38,438 nucleotides of DNA. Origin: Candidatus Iainarchaeum sp. Lineage in GTDB: Archaea > Iainarchaeota > Iainarchaeia > Iainarchaeales > GCA-2688035. Location: NCBI GenBank assembly GCA_016932355.1, contig JAFGDB010000030.1, positions 1-38,438 of the forward strand, given 5' to 3'. Positions 23,801-31,400 of this stretch are shown here, piece after piece. How positions within the stretch are numbered: the stretch's first letter is position 1; each line of letters starts with the position of its first letter. A program made the position numbers and the translations under genes. The notes under the pieces were generated by a model, which was not told the DNA's origin, searched no databases, and saw nothing but the letters and a program-made list of their open reading frames with translations.

Positions 23801-25851
23801 GTCCCTTTGAGAATGTTTGCTGTTGAGGCATAAATCCCCTTGATGTAGATTGCGTCCTCCTCCATTATGTTGGTCTTGCCCTCAAGGGCTTCGCCTGCCC
23901 TGAAGTGGATTCCAGCCTCATCAAATTCGTCGCCCTTTGCCACAAGCAGGAGCAGCTTTGCAGTGTACTTTTCCCCCTGCCCTAAATCCATTGTTTCAGG
24001 CACCTGTTCCTCTCCCTGGTAAAAGCCCAAAACTTTTACCTGGAGCTCCCCTGGGTCCTTTGCAAGGTTAACTATTATTGGAACAGTGCTGTTCGGGTCT
24101 GGCATTGCTGCAATGCTGTAGTATGGCAGGAAGTCCGCTGCATCAATTTTAAAGTAAACCTTTTTGTCAGCCCTTATGTTTACAGTGTATTTTCCCTCAA
24201 TGTCTGTGATTCCTTCAGCCTCTTTCTCTTCCAGGACTGAGTTCATTACCTCAACTATTGCTCCCTGCACTGCCTGCCCTTCATCGCTTAAGACAGTGAG
24301 CTCAATATTGCCCCACCCAATCGGCAGGACAATTGTTATCCTGTTTTCAATCCTTGGCCTTATTGTGATTGGGTCGCTTGTTTTGCCCTCAAAGCCTTTC
24401 TTTGCTGCGTAAACATAGTATGTTTCCAAAGGCAAATTTGTGAATTCTGCCATTCCGTCAGAGCCTGTTGCCCTGTCGTTTGCATAGATTGTGCCGTCAG
24501 GCTTTTTCAGGATAAGCCTTACGTTGTCAATTGCGTTTCCCCTTGAGTCAACAACCTCTACAACAAGTGTTTGCGTGTTGTCGGAGGTTGCAGGGCTTAA
24601 ATAAATTTCCCTCAGCGTGCCCGAAGCGCTTATGCCTGAAACTGTTGCAATCAGGTAGCCTGCTGCATCAACCTGAATGCCGTATTCCACGCTTTCAGTT
24701 ACAGTGAATTCAGCAATTCCCGCGCTGTCAGTGTATGCTGTGTCAATTGTTGCATAATCCCTCTTCAGGTAAACGGTTGCGTTTTCAACAGGGTCTGTGC
24801 TTTCAACATCCTTTGCAAGAATCCTGATTGTTCCAGCGCTTGCTTCCTGCAAACTAACATTAAATGTTATTATCTGGTCCTTCCTCAATTCTTTGAGGTC
24901 CGGGGCTGCCAGCTGGCTTCCGTCAAAGCCTCCATACCTGCCCTGGCTGTCGTGCGCAACTATGTAGTATGTGCCTGTTGCTATGTTCTCAAAGGATGCA
25001 GTTCCTGCAGAGCTGCTGTAGCTTGTTCCAGCCAATATCTCGTCATCCCTGTAAAGCATTACTGTTACGCCGCTAACTGCCTCGCCTGCCCCATTCTCAA
25101 CAGTCACATTTACTGTGCCTGTGTCTGTTGCAATTGCCTGCAGGAAAAGCTGCGGTGCAGCGCTTGCAATGCTTATAACGCCGTTCACTGCAGAATAGCC
25201 TGCCACAGGGTTTGCAACAAGGCTTCCGCAGTTGCTTGGAACCTGCAATTCGATTACGCCGTTTACGCTTTCCTCTGTCCTGCTGAATGAGCTTGCGTCT
25301 GGGCTGCTGCAGCTGAACCTTACTGTAACAGGGTCTGTGATGAGCTCGTTTGAGCCTGCCTTCATTAGCTGTATGCTCTTTAAAACAGTGCCTGCCACAG
25401 GGTTTAGTGAAACTGTTTTTTCAATTGATTCTGAAACATCAATTGTTTCCTCAAAGCTGCCATAACCGCTTTTTTCAACAAGTATTGTTATTTCGCCTGG
25501 TGCAACAGAGACAAATGCCCTTCCCTCTGCATTGGTTGAAACAATCTGCTCAAGGCCTGCCGAATCAGTTACGGTTATGTCTGCTGCCTGCAGCGCAAGC
25601 CCTGCTTCAGAGTCCTTTACAATAAAGCTTACTGTTGTTCCCTGGAAAACCCCGCCAAGAAGCAGAACCAGGCCTGCAATGATTATTATAATCAGCGCAA
25701 GCACTACAGGGAATGAGGGGATGTTCCTTTTTTCAATTGCGTCCACCAATGGGTACAGTGAGAGGCCCTTTCCCTCAAGCCAGTCCAGTGCCTTGTAGTA
25801 CTTGTCCTCTATTGCAAAATAGCCGTTGCGCAGGCTGTCCTTCAAACCCAT
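17887..25851 (-). CDS. Giant signal-anchored surface protein, paralog 3 (2654 aa)
   Basis: Uninterrupted 7,965-nt ORF with an ATG start. The N-terminus is MGLKDSLRNGYFAIEDKYYKALDWLEGKG...NIPSF plus a TM helix. CarboxypepD_reg-like repeats are present (e.g. QTLVVEVVDSRGNAIDNVRLILKKPDGTIYANDRATGSDGMAEFTNLPLETYYVYAAKKGF). Central motifs are SKWANIMWEN and WYRAWG. It has Gly/Tyr/Ser-rich and Tyr/Gly/Asn/Gln-rich low-complexity inserts. The C-terminal module carries FCDAVQFSI and SYLVKDGYSYDLRRDF. Confidence 0.95.
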   Translation of the reverse strand: MGLKDSLRNGYFAIEDKYYKALDWLEGKGLSLYPLVDAIEKRNIPSFPVVLALIIIIIAGLVLLLGGVFQGTTVSFIVKDSEAGLALQAADITVTDSAGLEQIVSTNAEGRAFVSVAPGEITILVEKSGYGSFEETIDVSESIEKTVSLNPVAGTVLKSIQLMKAGSNELITDPVTVRFSCSSPDASSFSRTEESVNGVIELQVPSNCGSLVANPVAGYSAVNGVISIASAAPQLFLQAIATDTGTVNVTVENGAGEAVSGVTVMLYRDDEILAGTSYSSSAGTASFENIATGTYYIVAHDSQGRYGGFDGSQLAAPDLKELRKDQIITFNVSLQEASAGTIRILAKDVESTDPVENATVYLKRDYATIDTAYTDSAGIAEFTVTESVEYGIQVDAAGYLIATVSGISASGTLREIYLSPATSDNTQTLVVEVVDSRGNAIDNVRLILKKPDGTIYANDRATGSDGMAEFTNLPLETYYVYAAKKGFEGKTSDPITIRPRIENRITIVLPIGWGNIELTVLSDEGQAVQGAIVEVMNSVLEEKEAEGITDIEGKYTVNIRADKKVYFKIDAADFLPYYSIAAMPDPNSTVPIIVNLAKDPGELQVKVLGFYQGEEQVPETMDLGQGEKYTAKLLLLVAKGDEFDEAGIHFRAGEALEGKTNIMEEDAIYIKGIYASTANILKGTSFTPPKGYPTDAIHLTTGDSKWANIMWENASAGAYAAEVEVQVKESAGIGQLLPMWYRAWGKKGIYTRYPKDNELAGAESTSEKQALYANANYLAASAGPTNLCNEAFCKSFSIEDLAKRTRINVVQEYDATIGSSYKLYFTISSINEQAFTNCEIEFGSETDGLRFGEYSIKDATGLESSGKAEGYSISKPIGNMESDSVVYGSIEFETEKEGNNPLTIAIKSNNQPVLNEAINVRVAAAEELRLEMIPKEVMPLIDNEILVKVSDSTGKTVSNAIVSIYLDEVLLKSTESDGQGRVEYNLEAPATGATLLVRAEKTGYRKAELETKVDQQILIVSPPKINEKLDNYLSEIEKEILLSNQTISDLTITRFSFNGFGNDLVEFEWYDDYLGAEIKQNADLNIFLTLKLTEEGALIERPAKMEGSLTITVRSEKASASFLQEIPITIRIGLGEQVDEGECLGIEPVKWEIITGQDKSESQEFTLVNDCTVDGKTIALKDFEARIASGNENGLGKFVLSSEELPEANEITLAEAYSTFADVLPEEFEGSIKLTFTPNSSIDSASGKPKIEFRATNITERGDEKIELGLPTEIHISKLSECVKIDAESPVMVETVPMNLGYGLYGSSAGYGYSPYTQNGLGGYASSYGTYGSYGSGYGSAYGGYGTGYGSMYGGSTYPYSQFDTSYYTRYYDQGEDQSWMYGFGESNFIVKNTCEEAVEIDLDVPSRIRTDSDSFSLDPDTDKTVKIEAGYRMGKYTIDVTAKLKKGQEDPYKVGTVDVIVSRPGEIDEECIHLSTDNINLSDFVGRPQDASVFNYCYDVGVRLPKAGKIIDFACQVPGQQINTFQLSEGQEQQEKIMLQAYPNPFTQTSGYINQAPMGNMPNPLTGQPYSANEYRATNGILGPGYYTSQQGNATQGYYNPMGAYPYGSSNWAYQQAYGYEGTCPLIESVYFVDEYKTGLDEETGRTLQVVDFEVKPNIQYRKQLCEYMAQMPFETLYGLRATATSAKYRAEVRATANVYYYNPFGGQDIKYFRIILNDWWGYGETLDQCMRNAGQVGIPTELMQKCNDKGSAVEDPMACINANGLDIASRFGNNQGFVPQGSFSGNTYKFTPEQDLLKVPPCSGTDSIETVQGSYTDAKSGVTLYFRAVPNQCQNLLQKGNWNIEVTVDRSSMKNVQCAKISTTVEATLSRPTQWARARTFNIPVRVNILNNGVELSQIDVTKCTEAEPAIKPTEVKTCEAMGGETGGAYTKYGFDKLLFEWAWDSIERQECDSKESKGSEKFCDAVQFSIELNKKANDIKQFVESNKNNWETANKANVKAATGSNDTSISNYMNTAELFRWVHRQQKIEDKFNQPIPGKEQKGYLKKDLVFFQGKDGKILEDESIEFAETVKARAEAVKGFQAGAWWDIIEKTEELLKELEKSESREAIVVEIADPAVDTAQKTVLESFGAEKDSAGNYVMSFNEYRLFHKAVYDKLKAKPEAERNTVQDIDVTLPEIVTQGNGTEISVATVSSDLLKEVWGKAVFKAGLLHEKDMSEESKEEAMEKAALVSNLKLPETQGEDNYASFDDFRKRAIEFQSYLVKDGYSYDLRRDFRLKYGLLALESSGDDLLNYTSFEDERAWAFGKKGKEQYTYALPEAGLYNVAIKYIFSAGTETQWNAGLDLEKELAAINESYAKNLFFELPIDGEVGRFGEGTDKATREGYGVSFSNAPEAGKTYLSYGSEEDNAGPISTTKGLVSLNFKFGETFDKTNKGTILKAGKGSFEYNPSVAIPLEIELNPVSGAGIEGMLYEISATEQGIISNEPSLFTYRAKSSASLAEPRPPAGPTRTPPAAQPQTIADFADQKHTPEQGRTLCKEIGNLTLHGFQQQLTAQKTFRGIAFVPFAREYKLVVYCSQGSAKVESENTAEEINVGAGYRKGELDLKLHEPIESKKASLASFIEKIKEEQVCVKPGDEIIELAWNKDKLLSG

Positions 25852-25961
25852 TTTTATTCACTTAATAACTATATAATATTATTTTGTTGTTGTTTATTAA
25901 CTTAACTAAAGCCAGGAAAATGCCGCTTTTTGGCAATTAATTAAAGTCTATCTCTCTTCTT

Positions 25962-25969
25962 ATTTAAAT
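25962..25969 (-). promoter_or_regulatory. Candidate TATA-like box (ATTTAAAT) about 111-118 nt upstream of the giant gene 3 ATG
   Basis: The octamer is the same as at 2613 and 27801. The spacing would imply a 5' UTR of about 85 nt. A second AT-rich box (TTATATA, about 25870..25876) lies closer to the ATG. Confidence 0.25.
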
Positions 25970-26053
25970 AGCTTTTGCTGGGCTTTTTTTTTACGCGCAT
26001 TCTGCCTGCTGTTGGCCCTTTTGGGGAAATGCTTCTTATCTGCTGCTTCCCCA

Positions 26054-27775
26054 TTACGCTGGGACGCAGCCTGTTGGCTTAAACGCATGCCCTGGCCCTG
26101 TCAAAAGCCCTGCCTCAAGCTCGTAAAGGCTGTTGCAGTACCAGCCGCTTCCAGGGTTTAGGCTGCAGCCTGTTGCGCTTGGCTCAGCACCATAAAGGCA
26201 GCTGTTGCCCATTTCCCCAGAATCCCAGGCTGCGGTAAAAGGGATGTATGTGTTGTCCTTGAGGTTTATCCTGTAAATCTTTTCACCTTCCTTGTCAACC
26301 ATGTAAAGAGGGTCTTCCTCCTTGAATGCAAGCGTTACGCTGATGCTTGTTACCTCAGTGCACTTTGAGCTATGCTCTGCAAAATCACCAGTGCACTGCA
26401 TCTCAGCAGCGCTTATTACAGGCCTTTCCCCCCTTTCCTCAATTCCTGCAAAAAGCCCCATTCTCCTTGCCTGCTCCAGCCCAAAGCTGTTGTTCCTGCC
26501 GCACTGCTCTGCATCATAGCCTGGCTGGCTAAAGCCCGGGATGCTTCCAGGATTTCCCTCTGCAATTCCGAGCTTTTTTGAATCAGCTGCCTCAACATTT
26601 ACCTCAATGCTTTCAGCAAGCGCACCGCATTCCTCACCTAAGAGCGTGAACTTGTCATTTTGGTCTACGTCCAAGTAGCCGGAAAGCTTTGCCTTTTTCA
26701 TTACATCGCAGACCTTTGCTGTTGCAAGCTCTTTCAGTGTGCTCTTCATGTCATTGCCGTTGTCATTGTAGCTTGCATTGTATGTTGGGTGGCTTTGCGC
26801 TACTTCAGAGCACCAGCTGTAGCTGCACTGCAGTTCTGTTTCAATGCCCTGTGCCCAGTATTCCCCGAGCTCGCCCCTGTTTTCCCCTGGGCAGAGCTTT
26901 CCAGAGAGGACCTTTTGCTCAGGGGGCTTGAATGGGTCGTTCCTTGGCGCGCAGTACCCATAATCGCACATTCCTAATGCCATGTCCTCAATTGTGTTGT
27001 GCACCTTGGGTGAGAAAAGGCCGTTGTCCTCTGCTGTGTCAATACGGTCAAGCGGGTAATGTGTTAATGCCCTTGCCTCTGCAATTGCCTTGAAAAACCG
27101 CAGCGGAACGTAAATCCTGAAGTTGGTTCTTGGCAGGACCACTTCTTTTAGTTCCTTGCCTGTTGCCTTGTCGTAAACATTGAGCTTTGGAAGGCTTTCA
27201 TATTCATCCTCTGTAAGCCTTTCAAGGTGCAGGTTTACATAGAATGTGCCTTTTGGGCAGCTCTCAGGCATTCCGCCCTCGCATTCTATAATATGGAAGA
27301 AGTCGCCTGCCTCAACGCTTTTCTGTATGGCTGTTTCAAGGCCCTGCTGCAGCCCACTGCTTTCCTCAAAAGTAATCCTGTAGTTTCCAAAATGGGTTTC
27401 TCCGTGGAAAAGCCCCTCCAGTGTTTTTGCCGTGTAGAATGCAAGCGCTTTGCTTCCTGGTCCGCCAAACTTGCTTTCTGCAAAGTCTGCCTGTATTTCC
27501 TCCCATGTCTTGTTGTGCAGCTCAAGTGTTAGCGCATCCCCTGTGAGCCATTCCTCTATCCTGTAGCGCAGGGTAAAGTTTATTATCTGCATTGCGTCAG
27601 CCCTTGCCATTTCGGCAACTGCCTCCAAATCAGACCTTGACTCAATGCCTGCAATTGTTTCATTTGCCTTTGCCTCTGACTGCATCATTGCATTTATGAG
27701 GAGCACTGCAAGAATTATTAACAGGAATGAGACAAGCGCTGTAAAAAGGTTAAAGGCCCTTTGGTTCAGGTGCAT
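26054..27775 (-). CDS. Cys-rich secreted or anchored protein (573 aa) with pilin-like hydrophobic N-terminus
   Basis: ATG start with an ATTTAAAT box about 30 nt upstream. The N-terminus is MHLNQRAFNLFTALVSFLLIILAVLLINAMM: short and polar/basic, then about 22 hydrophobic residues. This partly resembles an archaeal class III (prepilin-type) signal, with R-A before the hydrophobic stretch. All 16 cysteines lie after the hydrophobic segment. I recognised no named domain. Confidence 0.85.
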   Translation of the reverse strand: MHLNQRAFNLFTALVSFLLIILAVLLINAMMQSEAKANETIAGIESRSDLEAVAEMARADAMQIINFTLRYRIEEWLTGDALTLELHNKTWEEIQADFAESKFGGPGSKALAFYTAKTLEGLFHGETHFGNYRITFEESSGLQQGLETAIQKSVEAGDFFHIIECEGGMPESCPKGTFYVNLHLERLTEDEYESLPKLNVYDKATGKELKEVVLPRTNFRIYVPLRFFKAIAEARALTHYPLDRIDTAEDNGLFSPKVHNTIEDMALGMCDYGYCAPRNDPFKPPEQKVLSGKLCPGENRGELGEYWAQGIETELQCSYSWCSEVAQSHPTYNASYNDNGNDMKSTLKELATAKVCDVMKKAKLSGYLDVDQNDKFTLLGEECGALAESIEVNVEAADSKKLGIAEGNPGSIPGFSQPGYDAEQCGRNNSFGLEQARRMGLFAGIEERGERPVISAAEMQCTGDFAEHSSKCTEVTSISVTLAFKEEDPLYMVDKEGEKIYRINLKDNTYIPFTAAWDSGEMGNSCLYGAEPSATGCSLNPGSGWYCNSLYELEAGLLTGPGHAFKPTGCVPA

Positions 27776-27800
27776 GCAAGAAAAGAATAGGCTTTACGTT

Positions 27801-27808
27801 ATTTAAAT
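27801..27808 (-). promoter_or_regulatory. Candidate TATA-like box (ATTTAAAT) for the 573-aa gene
   Basis: It lies 26-33 nt upstream of the ATG at 27775 with no SD-like site between, which fits a leaderless transcript. Confidence 0.4.
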
Positions 27809-27909
27809 ATGTTTTGGAAACGAAATAGCGATTAATGGCAAAAGGCTTTATTGCAGGTTTTTTAAAAGAGCTTCAATCATTTCCCTGGTTTTCCCTCTGT
27901 CAAATTTTC

Positions 27910-28167
27910 CTATTTTTTGAGTGCTGCCTCTTCGTCCATTGTTGCTATAACGCTTGCCCTTGCATAGCTCTCCCTGTCAAGCTTTCCTTCAGCCAAATGC
28001 TTCTGGATTGGAATGCTCTGCCCTCCTGGGCTTGTGGTTATCGGGCAAAACCAGCAATCATGCCTTTTGTTGTGCTCGTTGTTTGAAACAACCAGGGCAG
28101 GCCTTATCTTGTAATCAATCCTGTTTGAGAAGGGGAACCTTGCAAGTATTATGTCGCCTTGCTCCAA
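27910..28167 (-). CDS. PemK/MazF-family type II toxin, apparently truncated by a frameshift (85 aa as read; about 106 aa if repaired, extending to 27848)
   Basis: TTG start with GAGGGG about 6 nt upstream. The N-terminal pattern GDIILARFPFSN...KIRPALVVSN is typical of MazF/PemK. The ORF stops at TAG right after an A6 run. The adjacent frame continues IGKFDRGKTREMIEALLKNLQ*, which matches the usual family C-terminus. Confidence 0.8.
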   Translation of the reverse strand: MEQGDIILARFPFSNRIDYKIRPALVVSNNEHNKRHDCWFCPITTSPGGQSIPIQKHLAEGKLDRESYARASVIATMDEEAALKK

Positions 28168-28178
28168 AAGAAACCCCT

Positions 28179-28388
28179 CTACAGATAGCCTTTCCAGTAG
28201 GCATTGTCTTCATCTTTCCAGGCCTTTGCAAGGGCCTTTTCAGACCATTTTGCGTAATTCTCCTTGGCCATCTTTTCGCGGAACATTTCCCTGATTAGCT
28301 CGCTCCTGCTTTTGTAAAGGCCTTTCCTGACCTGGGCATCTGCCCACTTTTCCATCTGCTGTGTTACATCTGCGCTGATGGTAGTCAT
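28179..28388 (-). CDS. Ribbon-helix-helix (CopG-like) antitoxin
   Basis: The 69-aa protein sits 11 nt upstream of the toxin on the same strand. It has an N-terminal beta-strand-like TISADV followed by two helices (QQMEKWADAQVRKG; SRSELIREMFREKM), as expected for the RHH fold. Confidence 0.75.
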   Translation of the reverse strand: MTTISADVTQQMEKWADAQVRKGLYKSRSELIREMFREKMAKENYAKWSEKALAKAWKDEDNAYWKGYL

Positions 28389-28395
28389 AAGAGAA

Positions 28396-28413
28396 TATAT
28401 AGCGGGCTATATA
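28396..28413. promoter_or_regulatory. Perfect 8-bp inverted repeat with 2-bp spacer (TATATAGC-GG-GCTATATA); candidate RHH operator
   Basis: It lies 8-25 nt upstream of the antitoxin ATG, immediately next to an AT-rich TATA-like box at 28414..28424. RHH antitoxins typically autoregulate through palindromic operators. Confidence 0.5.
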
Positions 28414-28424
28414 ATTTAAAAATA
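28414..28424 (-). promoter_or_regulatory. Candidate TATA-like box (minus strand ATTTTTAAATT) for the antitoxin-toxin operon
   Basis: It lies 26-36 nt upstream of the antitoxin ATG at 28388. Confidence 0.35.
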
Positions 28425-28447
28425 TGCCCCTGTACGCAAAGCTGCCT

Positions 28448-31400
28448 TTACTCCTCTTCCCTGAATTGCATCCAGGCTGACCTTATCTCCCTAATCTTGC
28501 TAAGGTATGTGCTCGGGCTTTTTGTGCTTGTGAAGCTTGTTAAGTAGTTTTCCCCCTTTTCAAGCGAGTTCCTCAGCCTTTGCGCAGCGCACCCTATTAT
28601 TGCATTTACCTCTTTCTCGCTGTTTTTCTGCTTCCACCATTCCTTCTCTATTCCGCAGCCCTTTATGTTTTCAGGCTCATAGAGCAGCACAGCCATCAGC
28701 ATTTCCTCGTCAATGGCTATGCCTTCCTTTTCAGCCCTGTAGTAATCTGCAAAGTACCTTATAACCATCTGGTTTTCGTTGTAGAGGATTGCCTGCTCTT
28801 GGCTTACCTTGTCATTTGGGTATGGCTTTAGCTTTCCAAGGAAACCGGCATCCTCTTTCCCATAATTCTTGCAGTCAGTGTTCCAGTTGCTTTCCTTGCT
28901 GCTTTCAAAGGCTTTTGCCATCTCCCCATACCGCCCTTCCCCAAGAGCCATTATGTTAACGCTTGTCCTGCCCAAGCTGTCTTTGGAAATGGTTACCTTG
29001 TGCGGCTGGTTCTTCACAAGCTCAAGCTCTTTTACAACAGGCTTCTGCGCAATTACATTGCCCTGCTCGTCAACAACATCTGTCATCATGCTTGTTGTAA
29101 ACCTTGCCTGCTCCTGCACGGCATCAGGCCCAATTCCCTCCCAGTACGCCAAATACAGGGCCATGCCTGCAGCGTTTGCAACCAGCCCTGAGAGAACGCC
29201 CTTTGCAAGGCCCTTGCCAAAGTTTGCAAGCTTCTTTGAGAACTTCGGGCTTTCAACATATTCCTTCATGATTTTTGATGCATCGCTTCCAAACTTGCCC
29301 TGCAGCTTTGTTACAACCTCTGCGTTAACCCTTTTCTGCAGCGCCTTGTAAACAGCCTTGTTGTTTGCTGCGTCTGCAGCAAAGTCTGCCATTGAATTCC
29401 TGACAAGGTCTTCAACGCTTGACTGCATCTGCCCAAGGAACCTTGCCTTTTCAGCTTCAGCCATCTTGTCAACCAAGTCATTTATGCTGAATTTCCTGAG
29501 TGCGTTCTTTGGAATTCCTGTTGTGCCTGACAGCTTGGTAATTGCATCATTGTAAATGTCCATCATTGCCTTTTGGGCTGCTGGCTTTGTATAGCCTGTT
29601 TTGGTAACGCTTTTCTTGATTGCGTCCTCAAAATTGCTTCTGCCCCCAAATTCGTCCCATATGCTGTCCATCATGTCTCGGTCAAGCGAATCAAAGGATG
29701 AAATAATTTTCCTTGAAACGCTTTCCTGTACCTCCTTTCCACTGAGCGTTCCAAGCGAGTCCATCTGCATGCTTGCAAATGCCTCGTCCCCTATCTTTCT
29801 TGCGTCAAATATTGTGTTTGTCCTGTTCCTTATTGCATTATCCAGCAGCGAGCCTTTTGCAATTGTCCCTGTGGCAATTCCCTCACCCAGCTGCTTGTTA
29901 AACTCATCCTGCATGTCTGCAAATGCCTTGTCAATAACTGCGTTTGCCACATCCTTCAGCGGCTTGCCCTTCAGGCTTGGCTGCAGTGTTGTAAGGTGCC
30001 AGCTGCTTGGCCTTACCCCTGGCGGGCCTTTTACAAAAAGGTTTTCTGCTGCGGCATCCTTTGCCTTTTCAACGAGCTTTTTCTGCAAGTCATCTGCAAC
30101 TGTTTTAGGCAAGCCTGCCATCTTCTTTGTTATGAACTGTTTTGCATACTCATCCCAAAGGCCTGAGTTTACAAGCGTTCTTGCGCTTGACAATGTAAGT
30201 GTCTTGCTTGTTGCGCTAAGCCCCTCTATCACTGCCTTTGTTCCTGAGAATGTGGCTGCCCCCTTGAGCAGTGTTCCAAACTGTGAGTTTGCCTCATCCT
30301 CTGAGATGTATTCCCCTGGCGTTTCGCCTGCATCCAAATCAACAATGTCTTGCCCTCCAAACACTTTGCTTACTCCATTCAGCACTATTCCAATGGCTTT
30401 TCCAACCGGCCCTAAGGCTGTTTTGACTGCATTGATTGCAAACTCCTTTGCTGCCTTTGTTGTTTCTGTAAGGTCAAGTATTGCTGGCATTGCAGGAAGC
30501 ACGCAGTCAAATGCAACGCTTCCCCATGGCGAGAAGAATGCAATCGGGGCGCATGCCCCCATGTACAACCCCAGTGATGCAATCCTGTCTGGCCTTGCCT
30601 CCTTTTCATAGCTGCTCAGGCCGCTTACTGGTTCTCCAACTGCTGCTGGCCCCATTTCCTCAATTTCCCTCTGCAAAGCGTAAAGCCTTTCCAGCTTTGG
30701 GAATGAGAGTGTGTCAGGGCTTCCCTGCCAGCCTGGCATTGCATAGTATATTTCCTCCTTGCCTTTCTCCATTGCCTTTTCCCTTTCAGTAATCTTCTTT
30801 ACAAGCTCAAGCGGGTGGATTCCGCAGACCTCTATTGCAATTGCATGCGCCTTCTCCGTTTTTCTCCCATCATAAATGCTTCCATAGGCGGTAAGCTCAA
30901 TGCTCTTCACTGATGCAGGGGCAAGCGCAAACTCGTTGCTTCCCTTTACGCACATTACAAACTCTTCCCCATAAAGCTTGTTTTGGGTTGAGCCTTCTGT
31001 GCTTCCAGCTTCCTCTGTGCTTGCAGGCTGACTAGGTTCTGCACTTCCTGGCTGTGCAGGCTCTGGCTTAAGCTCTTTGAGTGAAACCTTTTTGCTTTTC
31101 TCCCCTTTCTGGCCTGCTGTCCTGTTCTCCTCTTTGAGCAGTGGCTCTGCGTCAATGCCCTTCTTCTCATAGTCTGCCTTTTTGTATATTGCAACTGATT
31201 CAATGCCTGCCCTTTCCTGCTTTGCAAGGAAGCTGGTTGAAACCTGCACTGATTCCTTTGCATCGCTCTCCACGCTGAATTCAGCGCAGTTGACCTGGTT
31301 GTTTATCCTTATGCTTTCATCGCCCTTTACTTGGAATGTGGGGTAGAGCTTCCTGAAGTTCTGCCCGCTTTTCATTACAATGTACTGCCCGTCCTCGCTT

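Noticed and set aside
27835-28298. Plus-strand ORFs 27835..28086 (83 aa) and 27954..28298 (114 aa) overlapping the toxin-antitoxin pair.
   Set aside because: They are antisense to ORFs with clear MazF/PemK and RHH family signatures, and their Cys/Leu/Phe-rich translations look non-coding.
28448-28900. Possible lytic transglycosylase or lysozyme-like domain at the extreme C-terminus of giant 4 (LMAVLLYEPENIKGCGIEKEWW ... AIIGCAAQRLRNSL).
   Set aside because: There is only a vague resemblance to the region around the SLT catalytic Glu. The downstream GLMQ and AYNAG-type motifs are absent. This cannot be supported without a profile search.
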